Source: Takakia lepidozioides (taxonomy: Eukaryota > Plantae > Bryophyta). Taken from it: DNA of 64,000 nucleotides. The stretch lies in NCBI GenBank assembly GCA_030704615.1, contig CM060731.1:7874001-7938000 (forward strand), read 5' to 3'. The stretch's first letter is position 1. Every line of letters starts with the position of its first letter. The notes beneath the pieces were generated by a model. The model was not told the origin of the DNA. It did no database searches and worked only from the letters and a program-made list of their open reading frames with translations. The translations under genes and the position numbers were made by a program. Shown here one piece after another: positions 24,480 through 35,462 of the stretch.

Positions 24480-26613
24480 TGAGCTCAAACAGTGTGCGTT
24501 GACGACCACTGTTTGAGGTGCAAGGTAAGTGTTCATTGAACCGTAAGTGTTGAAAGAACACTGTTTGAGCTCCCAGATAAGTGTTTATCGGTCCTCAGAG
24601 ACATGCCCTATGTGGCCCTTCTCAAATGAAAAATGCAATGATAAGGGTACCTCAAACAGTGTGCGCCAACGCACACTGTTTGAGCTGCCAGGATAGTGAT
24701 GATTCAACCACTAATTCAAACCCTATGTGGCCAATTTTCAGATGACAAGTGCAATGACATGGCAGCTCAAACAGTGTGCGTTGACATACACTGTTTGAGC
24801 TGCCATGCAACTGATGATTGAACCTCCGAGACCTGCCCTGTATTGCCGAATTTCACAGTGGAAAAACAAAGACAGGGTGTGCTCAAACAGTGTGTGTTTG
24901 AGCTGCCAGATAAGTGTTCATCTGTCCTCAGAGACATGCCCTATGTGGCCCATTCTCAAATGAAAAAGGCAATGATAAGGGCAGCTCAAACAGTGTGCGC
25001 CAACGCACACTGTTTGAGCTGCCAGGATAGTGATGATTCAACCACTAATTCAAACCCTATGTGGCCAATTTTCAGATGACAAGTGCAATGACATGGCAGC
25101 TCAAACAGTGTGCGTTGACGCACACTGTTTGAGCTGCCATGCAACTGATGATTGAACCTCCGAGACCTGCCCTGTATTGCCGAATTTCACAGGGGAAAAA
25201 CAAAGACAAGGTGTGCTCAAACAGTGTGCGGCAACGCACACTGTTTGAGCTGCCAGATAAGTGTTCATCTGTCCTCAGAGACATGCCCTATGTGGCCCAT
25301 TCTCAAATGAAAAACGCAATGATAACGGTAGCTCAAACAGTGTGCGCCAACGCACACTGTTTGAGCTGCCAGGATAGTGATGATTCAACCACTAATTCAA
25401 ACCCTATGTGGCCAATTTTCAGATGACAAGTGCAATGACATGGCAGCTCAAACAGTGTGCGTTGACGCACACTGTTTGAGCTGCCATGCAACTGATGATT
25501 GAACCTCCGAGACCTGCCCTGTATTGCCGAATTTCACAGGGGAAAAACAAAGACAAGGTGTGCTCAAACAGTGTGCGGCAACGCACACTGTTTGAGCTGC
25601 CAGATAAGTGTTCATCTGTCCTCAGAGACATGCCCTATGTGGCCCATTCTCAAATGAAAAAGGCAATGATAAGGGCAGCTCAAACAGTGTGCACCAACGC
25701 ACACTGTTTGAGCTGCCAGGATAGTGATGATTCAACCACTAATTCAAACCCTATGTGGCCAATTTTCAGATGACAAGTGCAATGACATGGCAGCTCAAAC
25801 AGTGTGCGTTGACGCACACTGTTTGAGCTGCCATGCAACTGATGATTGAACCTCCGAGACCTGCCCTGTATTGCCGAATTTCACAGTGGAAAAACAAAGA
25901 CAAGGTGTGCTCAAACAGTGTGCGGCAACGCACACTGTTTGAGCTGCCAGATAAGTGTTCATCTGTCCTCAGAGACATGCCCTATGTGGCCCATTCTCAA
26001 ATGAAAAAAGCAATGATAAGGGTAGCTCAAACAGTGTGCGCCAACGCACACTGTTTGAGCTGCCAGGATAGTGATGATTCAACCATTAATTCAAACCCTA
26101 TGTGGCCAATTTTCAGATGACAAGTGCAATGACATGGCAGCTCAAACAGTGTGCGTTGACGCACACTGTTTGAGCTGCCATGCAACTGATGATTGAACCT
26201 CCGAGACCTGCCCTGTATTGCCGAATTTCACAGGGGAAAAACAAAGACAAGGTGTGCTCAAACAGTGTGCGGCAACGCACATTGTTTGAGCTGCCAGATA
26301 AGTGTTCATCTGTCCTCAGAGACATGCCCTATGTGGCCCATTCTCAAATGAAAAAGGCAATGATAAGGGCCGCTCAAACAGTGTGCGCCAACGCACACTG
26401 TTTGAGCTGCCAGGATAGTGATGATTCAACCACTAATTCAAACCCTATGTGGCCAATTTTCAGATGACAAGTGCAATGACATGGCAGCGCAACAGTGTGC
26501 GTTGACGCACACTGTTTGAGCTGCCATGCAACTGATGATTGAACCTCCGAGACCTGCCCTGTATTGCCGAATTTCACAGGGGAAAAACAAAGACAAGGTG
26601 TGCTCAAACAGTG
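24480..26613. repeat. 347-bp tandem array (~6 units), each with three long hairpin palindromes CTCAAACAGTGTGCG-N-CGCACACTGTTTGAG
   Basis: Near-identical ORF calls at 25139, 25486, 25833 and 26180 give the 347-bp period. The best hairpin, CATGGCAGCTCAAACAGTGTGCGT-TG-ACGCACACTGTTTGAGCTGCCATG, has 24-bp arms. Confidence 0.97.
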
Positions 26614-26756
26614 CCCAATTTGGCCGTTTTGGCTACACTTTTTGAGCTTCTTGTTCGCGGTTGATGCAACCTGCAGAGATGCCATGTGCAGTCTATGTTC
26701 ATATCGACATAGAATCTCAACTTGGGTTCACATCAGCAATGAAGCACAAAGATGGG

Positions 26757-27170
26757 TTATAAAGATTGAACCTTTTTTTGGGCTGCTCCAGAAGACTCCC
26801 CAATCGCCGGGGACCCTTTGCGCTTCGGACTGCTCTCCACGCCTCTCGTGTTCTGGAGCATCTCCCCCATCCTCTCTTCCACTATTAGGTTCTTCGTGAG
26901 GCCAGCGTCAACATCATCTTCGGCGTCTGCCTCTCCCTCGGATGCAGTGTCCTCCTCATCTGTTCTTGGAACTATGGCAGGCTGCTGGTCTTCCCCGGAT
27001 TCCTGCTCTTCCATCGCCGAACTTGTCTCTTTGCCCTCTTCTTCCGCCTTTTCCTCTTCGGCCACTCTTTCCATCCTCATTCTATATCTGGCTCTATTCC
27101 TGTTTCTAGAGCTCGTGAAGTACAATGATTTCCTTCTCTTCCTCCTCCGCTGGAAACAAGGGCTCCCCAC
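26757..27170 (-). CDS. Acidic low-complexity exon, probable N-terminal part of the ParB-MTase gene of element B
   Basis: E/D/K-rich frame on the same strand, compositionally like the low-complexity N-terminus of the family A protein. The exon at 24390 begins at an AG acceptor. Confidence 0.45.
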   Translation of the reverse strand: MGSPCFQRRRKRRKSLYFTSSRNRNRARYRMRMERVAEEEKAEEEGKETSSAMEEQESGEDQQPAIVPRTDEEDTASEGEADAEDDVDAGLTKNLIVEERMGEMLQNTRGVESSPKRKGSPAIGESSGAAQKKVQSL

Positions 27171-28039
27171 GATGCCTCTAGAGCTCTCCAGTTTGACGTT
27201 TGCAACAAGGGTTGCTATTGCATGTAACCAAAATCAAAATAGGACATTGTCAACCGTATTTCGGGTGTTGTTATTGTGTGCGAACGGAATTCATCCATTT
27301 CGGCGTCTTTGTATTATTCAAGAAATAAAGTGCCAGAAAATATGTGCATACGTTGCATGTACTTGTGATATATGTCAGATGTACTTCGCCGCCTGCCAAT
27401 ATATGGCGGCCTTCTGGAATGGTTTCAAATTCGGAAGTGCCGCACAAATCTAATGCTAGTTCAATTTGGAGCAGTTCTTGCAGATTCCCCATAAATGTTG
27501 TGCTTCACATATGCATCCACGTGTTTCGTACTGCCTGCCCTGTGCTTTGCATTTTGCCGTCATCGTCGCCATGGGGTCATTCGGTATAAAGGGTTGTGTC
27601 GGAAATGATCTTGTGTTGCACACATCCGTGCGAGGTGACTCTTGGAGTGTCAGTGTTTGTGCTGTGCTCTTCTGGCACGGCACGACCTCATTACATTCGG
27701 GGTCTTCCTGTTTACTGCTCTCCAGGGTTTTTGCCGTCTTTCCATAAAGGATGGTTTCATGTCATGTTCAGGGTTTGTTTTTCATCCAAAAACAGCACGG
27801 CTTCTTGTGGCCTTCTTTATTTGAAAACAGTTTTTCTAGTTGGTGTCTCTCAGCGTGGTTATCTCCGAAGTTCAGTGCATGTCATTCTTGCATCCTTCTG
27901 ATGCATCGACCGCAGCCTTTGGGTTACTGCTACCCTTGTTGACCTCAATTTTTTTGTGGTGGATCCCCTTTCCAGAATTGCGGGCTATCAAATCGGGGAT
28001 TCCGTTGTGAATCGAAAGTTTTGGTCAGCGTAGGAAAAC

Positions 28040-31000
28040 ATGTCCAAGGACAGAGATAGACTAGCACGATTTCATTCCAATGCAGGTAGTCTTCCAATGA
28101 CTGCCACTGCAGACGACGATGGGTTTGCAGTTGTTCATGAGGATGAGCTGGTTACAGTGTTCCCACTGGAATTGGGTTCTCTGCTTGTTCAAAAGGAGGT
28201 GTATGACGAGGATGGGAATTTGGATTCTGGACATTTGGAGAAACCATTGGTTGGCGAGTGTGGAAGGAAGTGGAGAGTCCTTCCAGGCACATACCGTGTC
28301 CTTGGAAAAGAGAGAAGACAATCAGCAGGATCAGTCATTACCCCTGGAACTGCAGCATCGGTCGTGCAGCAGAAGGGCACAGTTCATGTGAAAAAAGAGG
28401 TGAGCACATCCACTACATTCGTGACTCTTTCAGACTCGTCCTCGGAGGATGTTTCTGAGATTCCTCCGCCAGTGCAGACTCCATTCTTGGATGAATCCGA
28501 ATTGCAAGAGATAACGAGTGTCATTCCAAAATTGAAAGCCCTCGCAGGGGTGCCTGGGTGCAAGAGCGAGCTGCGTTTTGTTGATTGGGAGTCCCTTCGT
28601 GTGCAGCGGGTTCAATACGTGCCAGCAGAGTTTGATGGGGACATCTTGTTTGAGCTCAACCCTCCCACGTCTTCCAATGGACTGGCTGGGCTTCTGCAGG
28701 GCATGGACAAGAAACATGACGGACACCCTTGGTGCAGGACAAAAACGTCAAACATCCACAACGACATTGGATTGAAATTTCGAAGGTCGGTTTGCGTTGG
28801 GCATTGCAAGTGCCTGAATATAACTTGCCCTCGCCTGAGAAACAGCGCTCAACCAAACGAGAGTGAGTGGGAAGGTGTGCCATTGAATCCTTTCACCCCA
28901 GGACTTGCCCCTCCCAAGACCAATACTTTTGTGTGCAGGTTCTGCAAACTTTCCCCGTCCTGTGTTTCTGTGTGCCACGCTCGTATGTACCAGGTGGCAC
29001 ACCGGTGCAAAACAATGACTCGTGCCTGCATTCATATGGGTGCACACGAGCATCCTGTGTCCAAAGGAAGTTGCAGGGATAGCGTGGACATCGCTAGAAA
29101 TCTGCTGAAGCAGGAGTTCCACAATGCCCCTTCTGCAACACCTTCTGCTATAGCGCTTGCAGCTAGCAAGGCTTTCCTGGAAAAACACATATTGGGTGAA
29201 GGGGATTCGACACAGCCAATGCTGGATGCAGATTCGCTTGATGCAGTGATGGACCATTTCTCCGTGTTGAGCTTCCCAATATTCGAAACCAGGTGAATGC
29301 ACTCAGAGTCGGCACAGGCAATGCTGGATTCATGGACAACATTATGGACCTCAAACGGAGAAGTCGCTATGAATTCATTCAAAACAGTATCTTCCCTGGC
29401 CAGGGCTCATCCAAGGTTTATTTGTTCAAGATGTCCGCAGTGGGCGAAGGCAGTGGTGTTAGCATTGTCCGCCGAATGCAACCTGGAGGAGATTTGGCTA
29501 AATGTTGGTTGATGTTTGATCACTGCAAACGGGTGAAGGGTTGGACAACCATGGCGTGCCATGTGTATGATCCAGCGTACCAACGTGTGCTCTCAATAGC
29601 AATTTGTGATATGCAGTCGGAGGACACTGAATCCCAGATGCTCATGTGGAATTCGCTCCTGGCCGTCATGCAGCGCAACGGAATACAGAAGACAAATTTT
29701 GCGGGCTTCATGGCTGATAGTGCACAGGCAAATTTCAATGCAGTGCGGCGCGTGTTTGGTTCGGGGGATCCTAAGGTCCCAATGGAAAATAGGGAGCGCA
29801 CATGCCTCTTCCATTGGAGTCAATCTCTGGCACGTCATACAAAGCGGTGCATTCGCCCTGACCTTCAGTTGGAGCACAGAAGGCTCTGTCTCAAGTACAA
29901 AAATGCCAACTCAATGGGAGAAGCTGAGAGCACTTACCAAGCAATCCGGGCTTGGTGGTTCTCCTCTGGTGCTGCTACTGGTATCCACCTGAAGGAGTTG
30001 GAGGACTGGTTGGTTTTCTGGCACTTCAGATACAGACAGTGGGGAGCTTTCATGACGACGGTAAGCCTCTCGAATCCCAAAATCAGAAATTTTGCAACAT
30101 GCCTCTTCATTTGGGGTTCTTGGATTGTCGCTTGAAGAACCTCTTCCATTTCCTTTCCTTCCTCACATTTCCATGCAATGCCTCGTGCAGGAAATGTCCT
30201 TGGAGGACTTGGCCGACATGCCATCCTGTAATTTGGCGGAGACTGTTCATAACGCCTGGATGCAGCAATCTACCAAAGCAGGTCGTGACTTGTATGTGGC
30301 CACTGCTGATGACATGGTGCGGGCACTCACACAACAAACCAGGTACCGCAATTTTCTGATGGGACGGGGTGGAGGCAAGGGCCCCGGTTCGACTTTGTTG
30401 ATGCTAAGGGCTGCGAGTAGGTCTGGAGACCCATCCAAGATGGCCAAAGCTCTGAACAGGTGCACTGAAGGCTCCCCATTGCAATCCAGGCTCCCTCATT
30501 TGGAAGGCGAGGAAAGATTTGGATCATGCAAAAGGAAATTGAACACTCTTCCAGGTTCAGATGGAGATTCCCATCGCCCAGACAGGGTCAATTTCTCTGT
30601 GCCAAAGGTGTCTCCAGTGCAGACTAAGTCCTGTGCCGGCCCCTTCCCAGGTGGGTCCTCCTCCTGTGGAGCAGGTGCAGAACATGCAAGCACAGCAGCA
30701 GGAATCCCATTGGAGGAGGTGGTGGCCATGGTGCAGGAATCTGATTGCATTGATAGTGAGTGGCATATAGAACGCACCCCACCAGGATCTAGAGTTGCTT
30801 GCATGGCAATTCGGACCCCCTCTTTCAAGAAATGCAAATCAAAAATATGCAAAGGCTCCAGGGGGACTCCAGCTCCAACATTCACAGGGTTGTTCCGACC
30901 TTATCATAGTGGGGAGTCAAAGGACCACAAGTTCTGGTTCTGCCCAGACGATATGGCACGATGCGTCAAGGGAACAGTTCGTCCTTCGGTGATAATGAAA

Positions 31001-31603
31001 CCCCCTCCCCCCGCAATTTGGCCTGTGAAACTTGGGACGTCGCTGTCAACAACCGAGATAAGCATGCTGGAGGAGGGAGGGTTTTGTCTTGCACGATCCC
31101 GAGTGGTGCCCTTGTGCACTGTCGGCACAGATGTGCCACAAGCTCCGGCAATGCCTCCACCCGGTGCCGACTCCCACCCAACAAAAAGAGATGGAAAAAC
31201 AGTGCGCCGTGTCGCTTCGGGTGCAGATCACGAATGCAAGATGGAATCGGCTAGAATTTTGCAGGCTCGGGTGGCTCGTATCACCGAAGTCCCTGCCCCG
31301 GGGTATGGACGGATTTACACAGTGCTGTCTATTGGCTCAGTTCTTCATGGCAAAGAATATCAGGTTACCGTGGGGAATTTCCCTACTTGCACTTGTCCGG
31401 ATTTTGTAACGATGCGTGAGGGCGCTCTCTGCATGAGAGGGAAGTGGGTCCCCTGCAAGCATCAATATTACATATACCTTGTAATTATGTGTTGCGACGG
31501 TAAGAGAGACCAATTCATTCACCAAGCCACACTAGGCTACGGAGAAGTCATCACCCTTCTGCAGCGGGACACCTCACGTAGGGCTCAGCCAAATTCTCTT
31601 TGA
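28040..31603 (+). pseudogene. MULE transposase of element B (GCM-like/DDE/SWIM), one frameshift at ~29275, intron 30061-30190
   Basis: Motifs DGHPWCRTK, WLMFDH, FMADSAQANFNAVRRVF, CLFH, CNLAETVH and TCTCPDF...PCKH. The intron is at the same position as in family A. Confidence 0.9.
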
Positions 31604-31994
31604 ACACATACGAGCCATGCCCACTTCCCATACTGGTTTCAAGGTTACCGTGTGAAGACTTTGCATTTAGGACAAACACATACATTTCGTTCACGGAACC
31701 AGGGCAAATGCACATGCCATTCATTGTAAGCGTCTATCTGTGAATTGAAATAGAGTGTGTCAATCATTCTGAGCTCTATTCTGCCATATTTTCATATTAC
31801 TCTTTTTGTGCAGGCATTGTAGACATGGTGCATGGTGGCCCCCTTTGTTTTGTCCACGGTAATAGGCCCTCTTCTTGCAATCCTCGCCTATAGGACCTGC
31901 TTCTCCAGCAAATTTGTGCCGCTCACGCTTTGCAGCTACAACGTGAGCTCAGCTCCCAGGCTCACGGGGCTGGGCTCACGCCGTAGCTACGCTG

Positions 31995-34040
31995 GGTCCT
32001 GAAGGACCAGCACCAGCAAGGGTGCAAGCACCTGTCAGTGGGCAGAAGGTGGGCCACAGATGGCGTTACAACCAACACGGGCAAAACCACCTTTTCCAAT
32101 ATATTCAGGAAAAGGGGATCCCGATGTACACATTAGCCAATTTGAGCACATGTGTATAGTGAACAATGAGAATGGCGATGATGCCAAGATGAGATTGTTT
32201 CCTTGTTCACTTATCAAGAAAGCAAGTGAATGGTATGCAAGATTCCCTGATAATCATTTCCTAACCTGGAATGGCTTGAATACAGCATTTCGAAATAGGT
32301 TCAGGACAAGTAAAACTGAGGATGAAGTGTATGGAAGTTTACAACAGTTAAAGCAAAAGAAGCATGAAACTGTTGAGGAGTATATGGAAAAGATGGAATT
32401 GATGATGAAAAAGCTGGCTGTTGTACCAGAGTTGTAGAAGAAAGTGGATATGTTACCCCATAATACAGTGGAGGAGGCATTTAAAAAACTGCAAACAGAA
32501 TTGAGCAATTGGGAATGCTCAGGAGAGAGAAAAGGGATGATGAGGACTCTGAAGATGAGTCAGATGAAGAAGAAGAGCAAGAACTGAAAAGGAAGAGTAA
32601 GAGAAAGGAGAAGTTGAAGAGGGATAACTATGAGAAAAAATAGAAGAAATTTTGAAGAAGTATGCCACAGAGGCTGCAACACATTGGAGGAAGGGTGTTT
32701 GGTGTGCAAAGTGCCAGAATGAAGGCCATACCACCACAGAATGCCACATGAAGGAGAAACATTGTACTATCTGTAAAATGGATAACCATTCTACTGAGAA
32801 TTGTTAATACAACAGAAGGATAGCAGCTAGAGAACCTAGGCAAGTAAGGGTGCATCAAGTGCAGCCCCAGCCAAGAAGAAACAGTGATCAGGACCACTAT
32901 GGTAGGTCTGGTGGTTATAACAATGGCATGGAAGGGAGAGGTAATTCAAGAGGGAATTACCAAGGAAATTCCAGAGGCAACTATCAGGGTAATCCAAGGG
33001 GGAATTACCAGCCCGGGAATCAGGATTACAGAAATAATCCAAGAACAGACCAAGGGCGAGGACCCAATGGTGAAGAACTATGTTACTATTGTAATAAGCC
33101 AGGACATCGCAAGGCAGTCTGTTCATTCTGGATTAGACACCAGAATGAGATGAGAGCTCATGTGAATGAGGGCCCAGTGGTGGCAGCTCACATGGTTAGG
33201 CCATGTGTTGTACCAGAAGTAAGTACAATGATAGTAACAAGAAGCAAAGCCAAACTAATACCTCCAGTAGTTGAGGAAGAAGATGATAATGAAGGTGGTA
33301 GTGATATGCCTAAAGATGATGAGGCTTGGAGAGATGAGAAGGAACTGCACAAGGAAGTGGCAGATACCATAAGGGAAATGCAGAAGAGTATTGATATTCC
33401 TGTGGCAGATTTCTCTGATTCTGATGGAGAAGAAGAAGTGAGTGAGGATGAAAGGAAGAAAGAAGATGCAGACATGCAAAGTAATGAAGGGACTTTGGCT
33501 GAAGTAATATGCCAGACCAAAGCAGAGATTACCATTAGACAGCTATTGGCTGTGGCACCTTATTGTAGACACAGGTTGTATTAAGCAATTAATCGAATTG
33601 CCCAGGAGACATGAAACACAAACCTGAACAACAAGGTAACCAGTTATAATGTGAAGCCGGAAGGGCGAGAAACAGTCATGGACTTTGATGATTCTATGCC
33701 GGTAATCCAATTGAGAATTGGAAGCACAGAACTAACTGATGTACTTATAGATGGAGGCTCTGGAACAAACATCATGACAGACCAATTAAGGAAGAAGCTT
33801 GATTTAAGTAACATGAAACCAGCCCTATTTACAGTAACAATGGCAGATCAAAGGAGTGTACAGCCATTGGGATTAATACGAGGAGTTAAGATACAGATAC
33901 AGAAGATGATCTTTATGATCACAGTAACTGTGTTGAAGATGGATGAAGTCATGGAGGCTTACTCCTTATTATTGGGACGTCCGTGGCTGAAACAGGCCAG
34001 GGTATTCCATGACTGGAATTCTCAGTTACTAACCGTGCAT
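31995..34040 (+). pseudogene. Gypsy gag (three CCHC knuckles) and protease, truncated
   Basis: FPIYSGKGDPDVH...RLFPCSL gag core, CYYCNKPGHRKAVC knuckle and LIDGGSG protease motif; contains stops and frameshifts. Confidence 0.9.
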
Positions 34041-34745
34041 ACTTTAGAGGGGGGTTACACAGCCAGTCACAGCCCGACACAGCCCGACACATCAACACAG
34101 CCAGTCACAGCCCGACACAGCCCGACACAGCTCAACACAGTCGCACAGCCAGTCACAGCCCGTCACAGTTTCACACAGCCAGTCACAGCTTGACACAGCT
34201 GTCACGACCATAGGGAAAGGATAGCAGGACAGGGAACGACTGTGGGGAACAACACCTGCGAAGGGAACATGTTAGTTCACGGACGACGGTTAGTGAGGGA
34301 AGCGGTTAGAACAACGGGTAGGAAGACAAAACGAGGAGCAAGGACTGGACGGGGAGCACTTGAGGGGGAGCACTGCTTGGTCATGGAGGAGAGGGGATCG
34401 GGCGGAGAGCAAGAATGGGAGCAAAGATGGAGAGCACGGTGAAGGAGGAGAGATGATTAGTAGATGCTTGTTATATGCAAAGCTGTAGTGATATTGTAGA
34501 GCAGATTAGAGACACAATGGCTTCGTCCTGATACCTGATAAATCATAATCTGATACTTATACGATACAATCACACTGTGTAGAGAGATCTGAGTGAAGCT
34601 GTGGAATGAATGGATGAGTTGATGGAATCCGATAGATTGATGAAGCAAACTGATACTTAATTATCAATAGTAAGGTAGCTAGCTAACATGAATACGGAAA
34701 GGAAAACAAATAGAAAAAACCCCCATGATACACTAGCTATAGGTC

Positions 34746-35441
34746 ATGACTGATTGTTCTGAGCGGGCTGAGTACTTAGAGATTTCCAACTCTTCTATCT
34801 TGGAGTTTCCGCCTCGGATAGTGAAGGGATGGGTGAGTAGAAGCCGCGCGACATTTGGCGACCATACTGGGGAACTGAGTCATGAACAACCAGATGTGAC
34901 AGGCATCTGGTGGGATCATGGTGGTTGGACCATTAAAGAATTTGAAGTGAATCAAATTCCCTGTGGAACGAAGGAAGAAAGATTGTCCAAACAATTCTTT
35001 CAAAGGTTCTTGGAATTGCCAGACGGTTGTAAAGAAAATATTCTTAAGCGAGTGCATGATGCTGATCCGGAATGGGGTCTGGAGAAAGGAGTGATAAAGA
35101 TTTATCAGGTAGCCTGTAGAGGAAGAGCACGTTGGTTACCAACATTGGTTTATGTGATAGCATTGCTATCCATTAAGCTAGTAGAGTTTGAAGGCTGGGA
35201 GGAAAGAAAGGTGAATGTTTATACTCATATGCATGAAGAGCTTGTACTGGTAAAGAATTGGATTCCAAAGGATATTTTGTGGATCAAACTCACACCAAGA
35301 ACAGCTTTTCAGACTTGTTTGCCATATGGTTATATGGTAACGAAGACTTCAAGTATACCCAAGGGTGCATTGAAGCTTGAAAGAAACCCAGGCATATACG
35401 AGAGATATTACAGAAGAGAGTTTTGGTTATTGCCACATTAA
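34746..35441 (+). CDS. Extra 5' ORF starting in the LTR and reading through the PBS
   Basis: 231-aa open frame, conserved with 18122-18790. Confidence 0.55.
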   Translation: MTDCSERAEYLEISNSSILEFPPRIVKGWVSRSRATFGDHTGELSHEQPDVTGIWWDHGGWTIKEFEVNQIPCGTKEERLSKQFFQRFLELPDGCKENILKRVHDADPEWGLEKGVIKIYQVACRGRARWLPTLVYVIALLSIKLVEFEGWEERKVNVYTHMHEELVLVKNWIPKDILWIKLTPRTAFQTCLPYGYMVTKTSSIPKGALKLERNPGIYERYYRREFWLLPH

Positions 35442-35462
35442 AAGAAATGAAAGACATGGGAC

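Larger units (their letters stand above)
19586..31994 (+). mobile_element. Complete ~12.4-kb MULE-like transposon, family B, with 9-bp TSD and short degenerate TIRs
   Basis: TSD GGTCCTGAA at 19577-19585 and 31995-32003; the identity extends to 11 bp if two G's are counted. The empty site is visible in the paralogous gag (~36222 GGTCCAGAAGGACC). Termini are GGGGGGTGCTATTCTGTGAGCCC and rc CAGCGTAGCTACGGCGTGAGCCC. Confidence 0.92.

Noticed and set aside
25072-26467. Repeated 95-aa and 70-aa ORFs
   Set aside because: They are translations of the 347-bp tandem unit, with no coding hallmarks.
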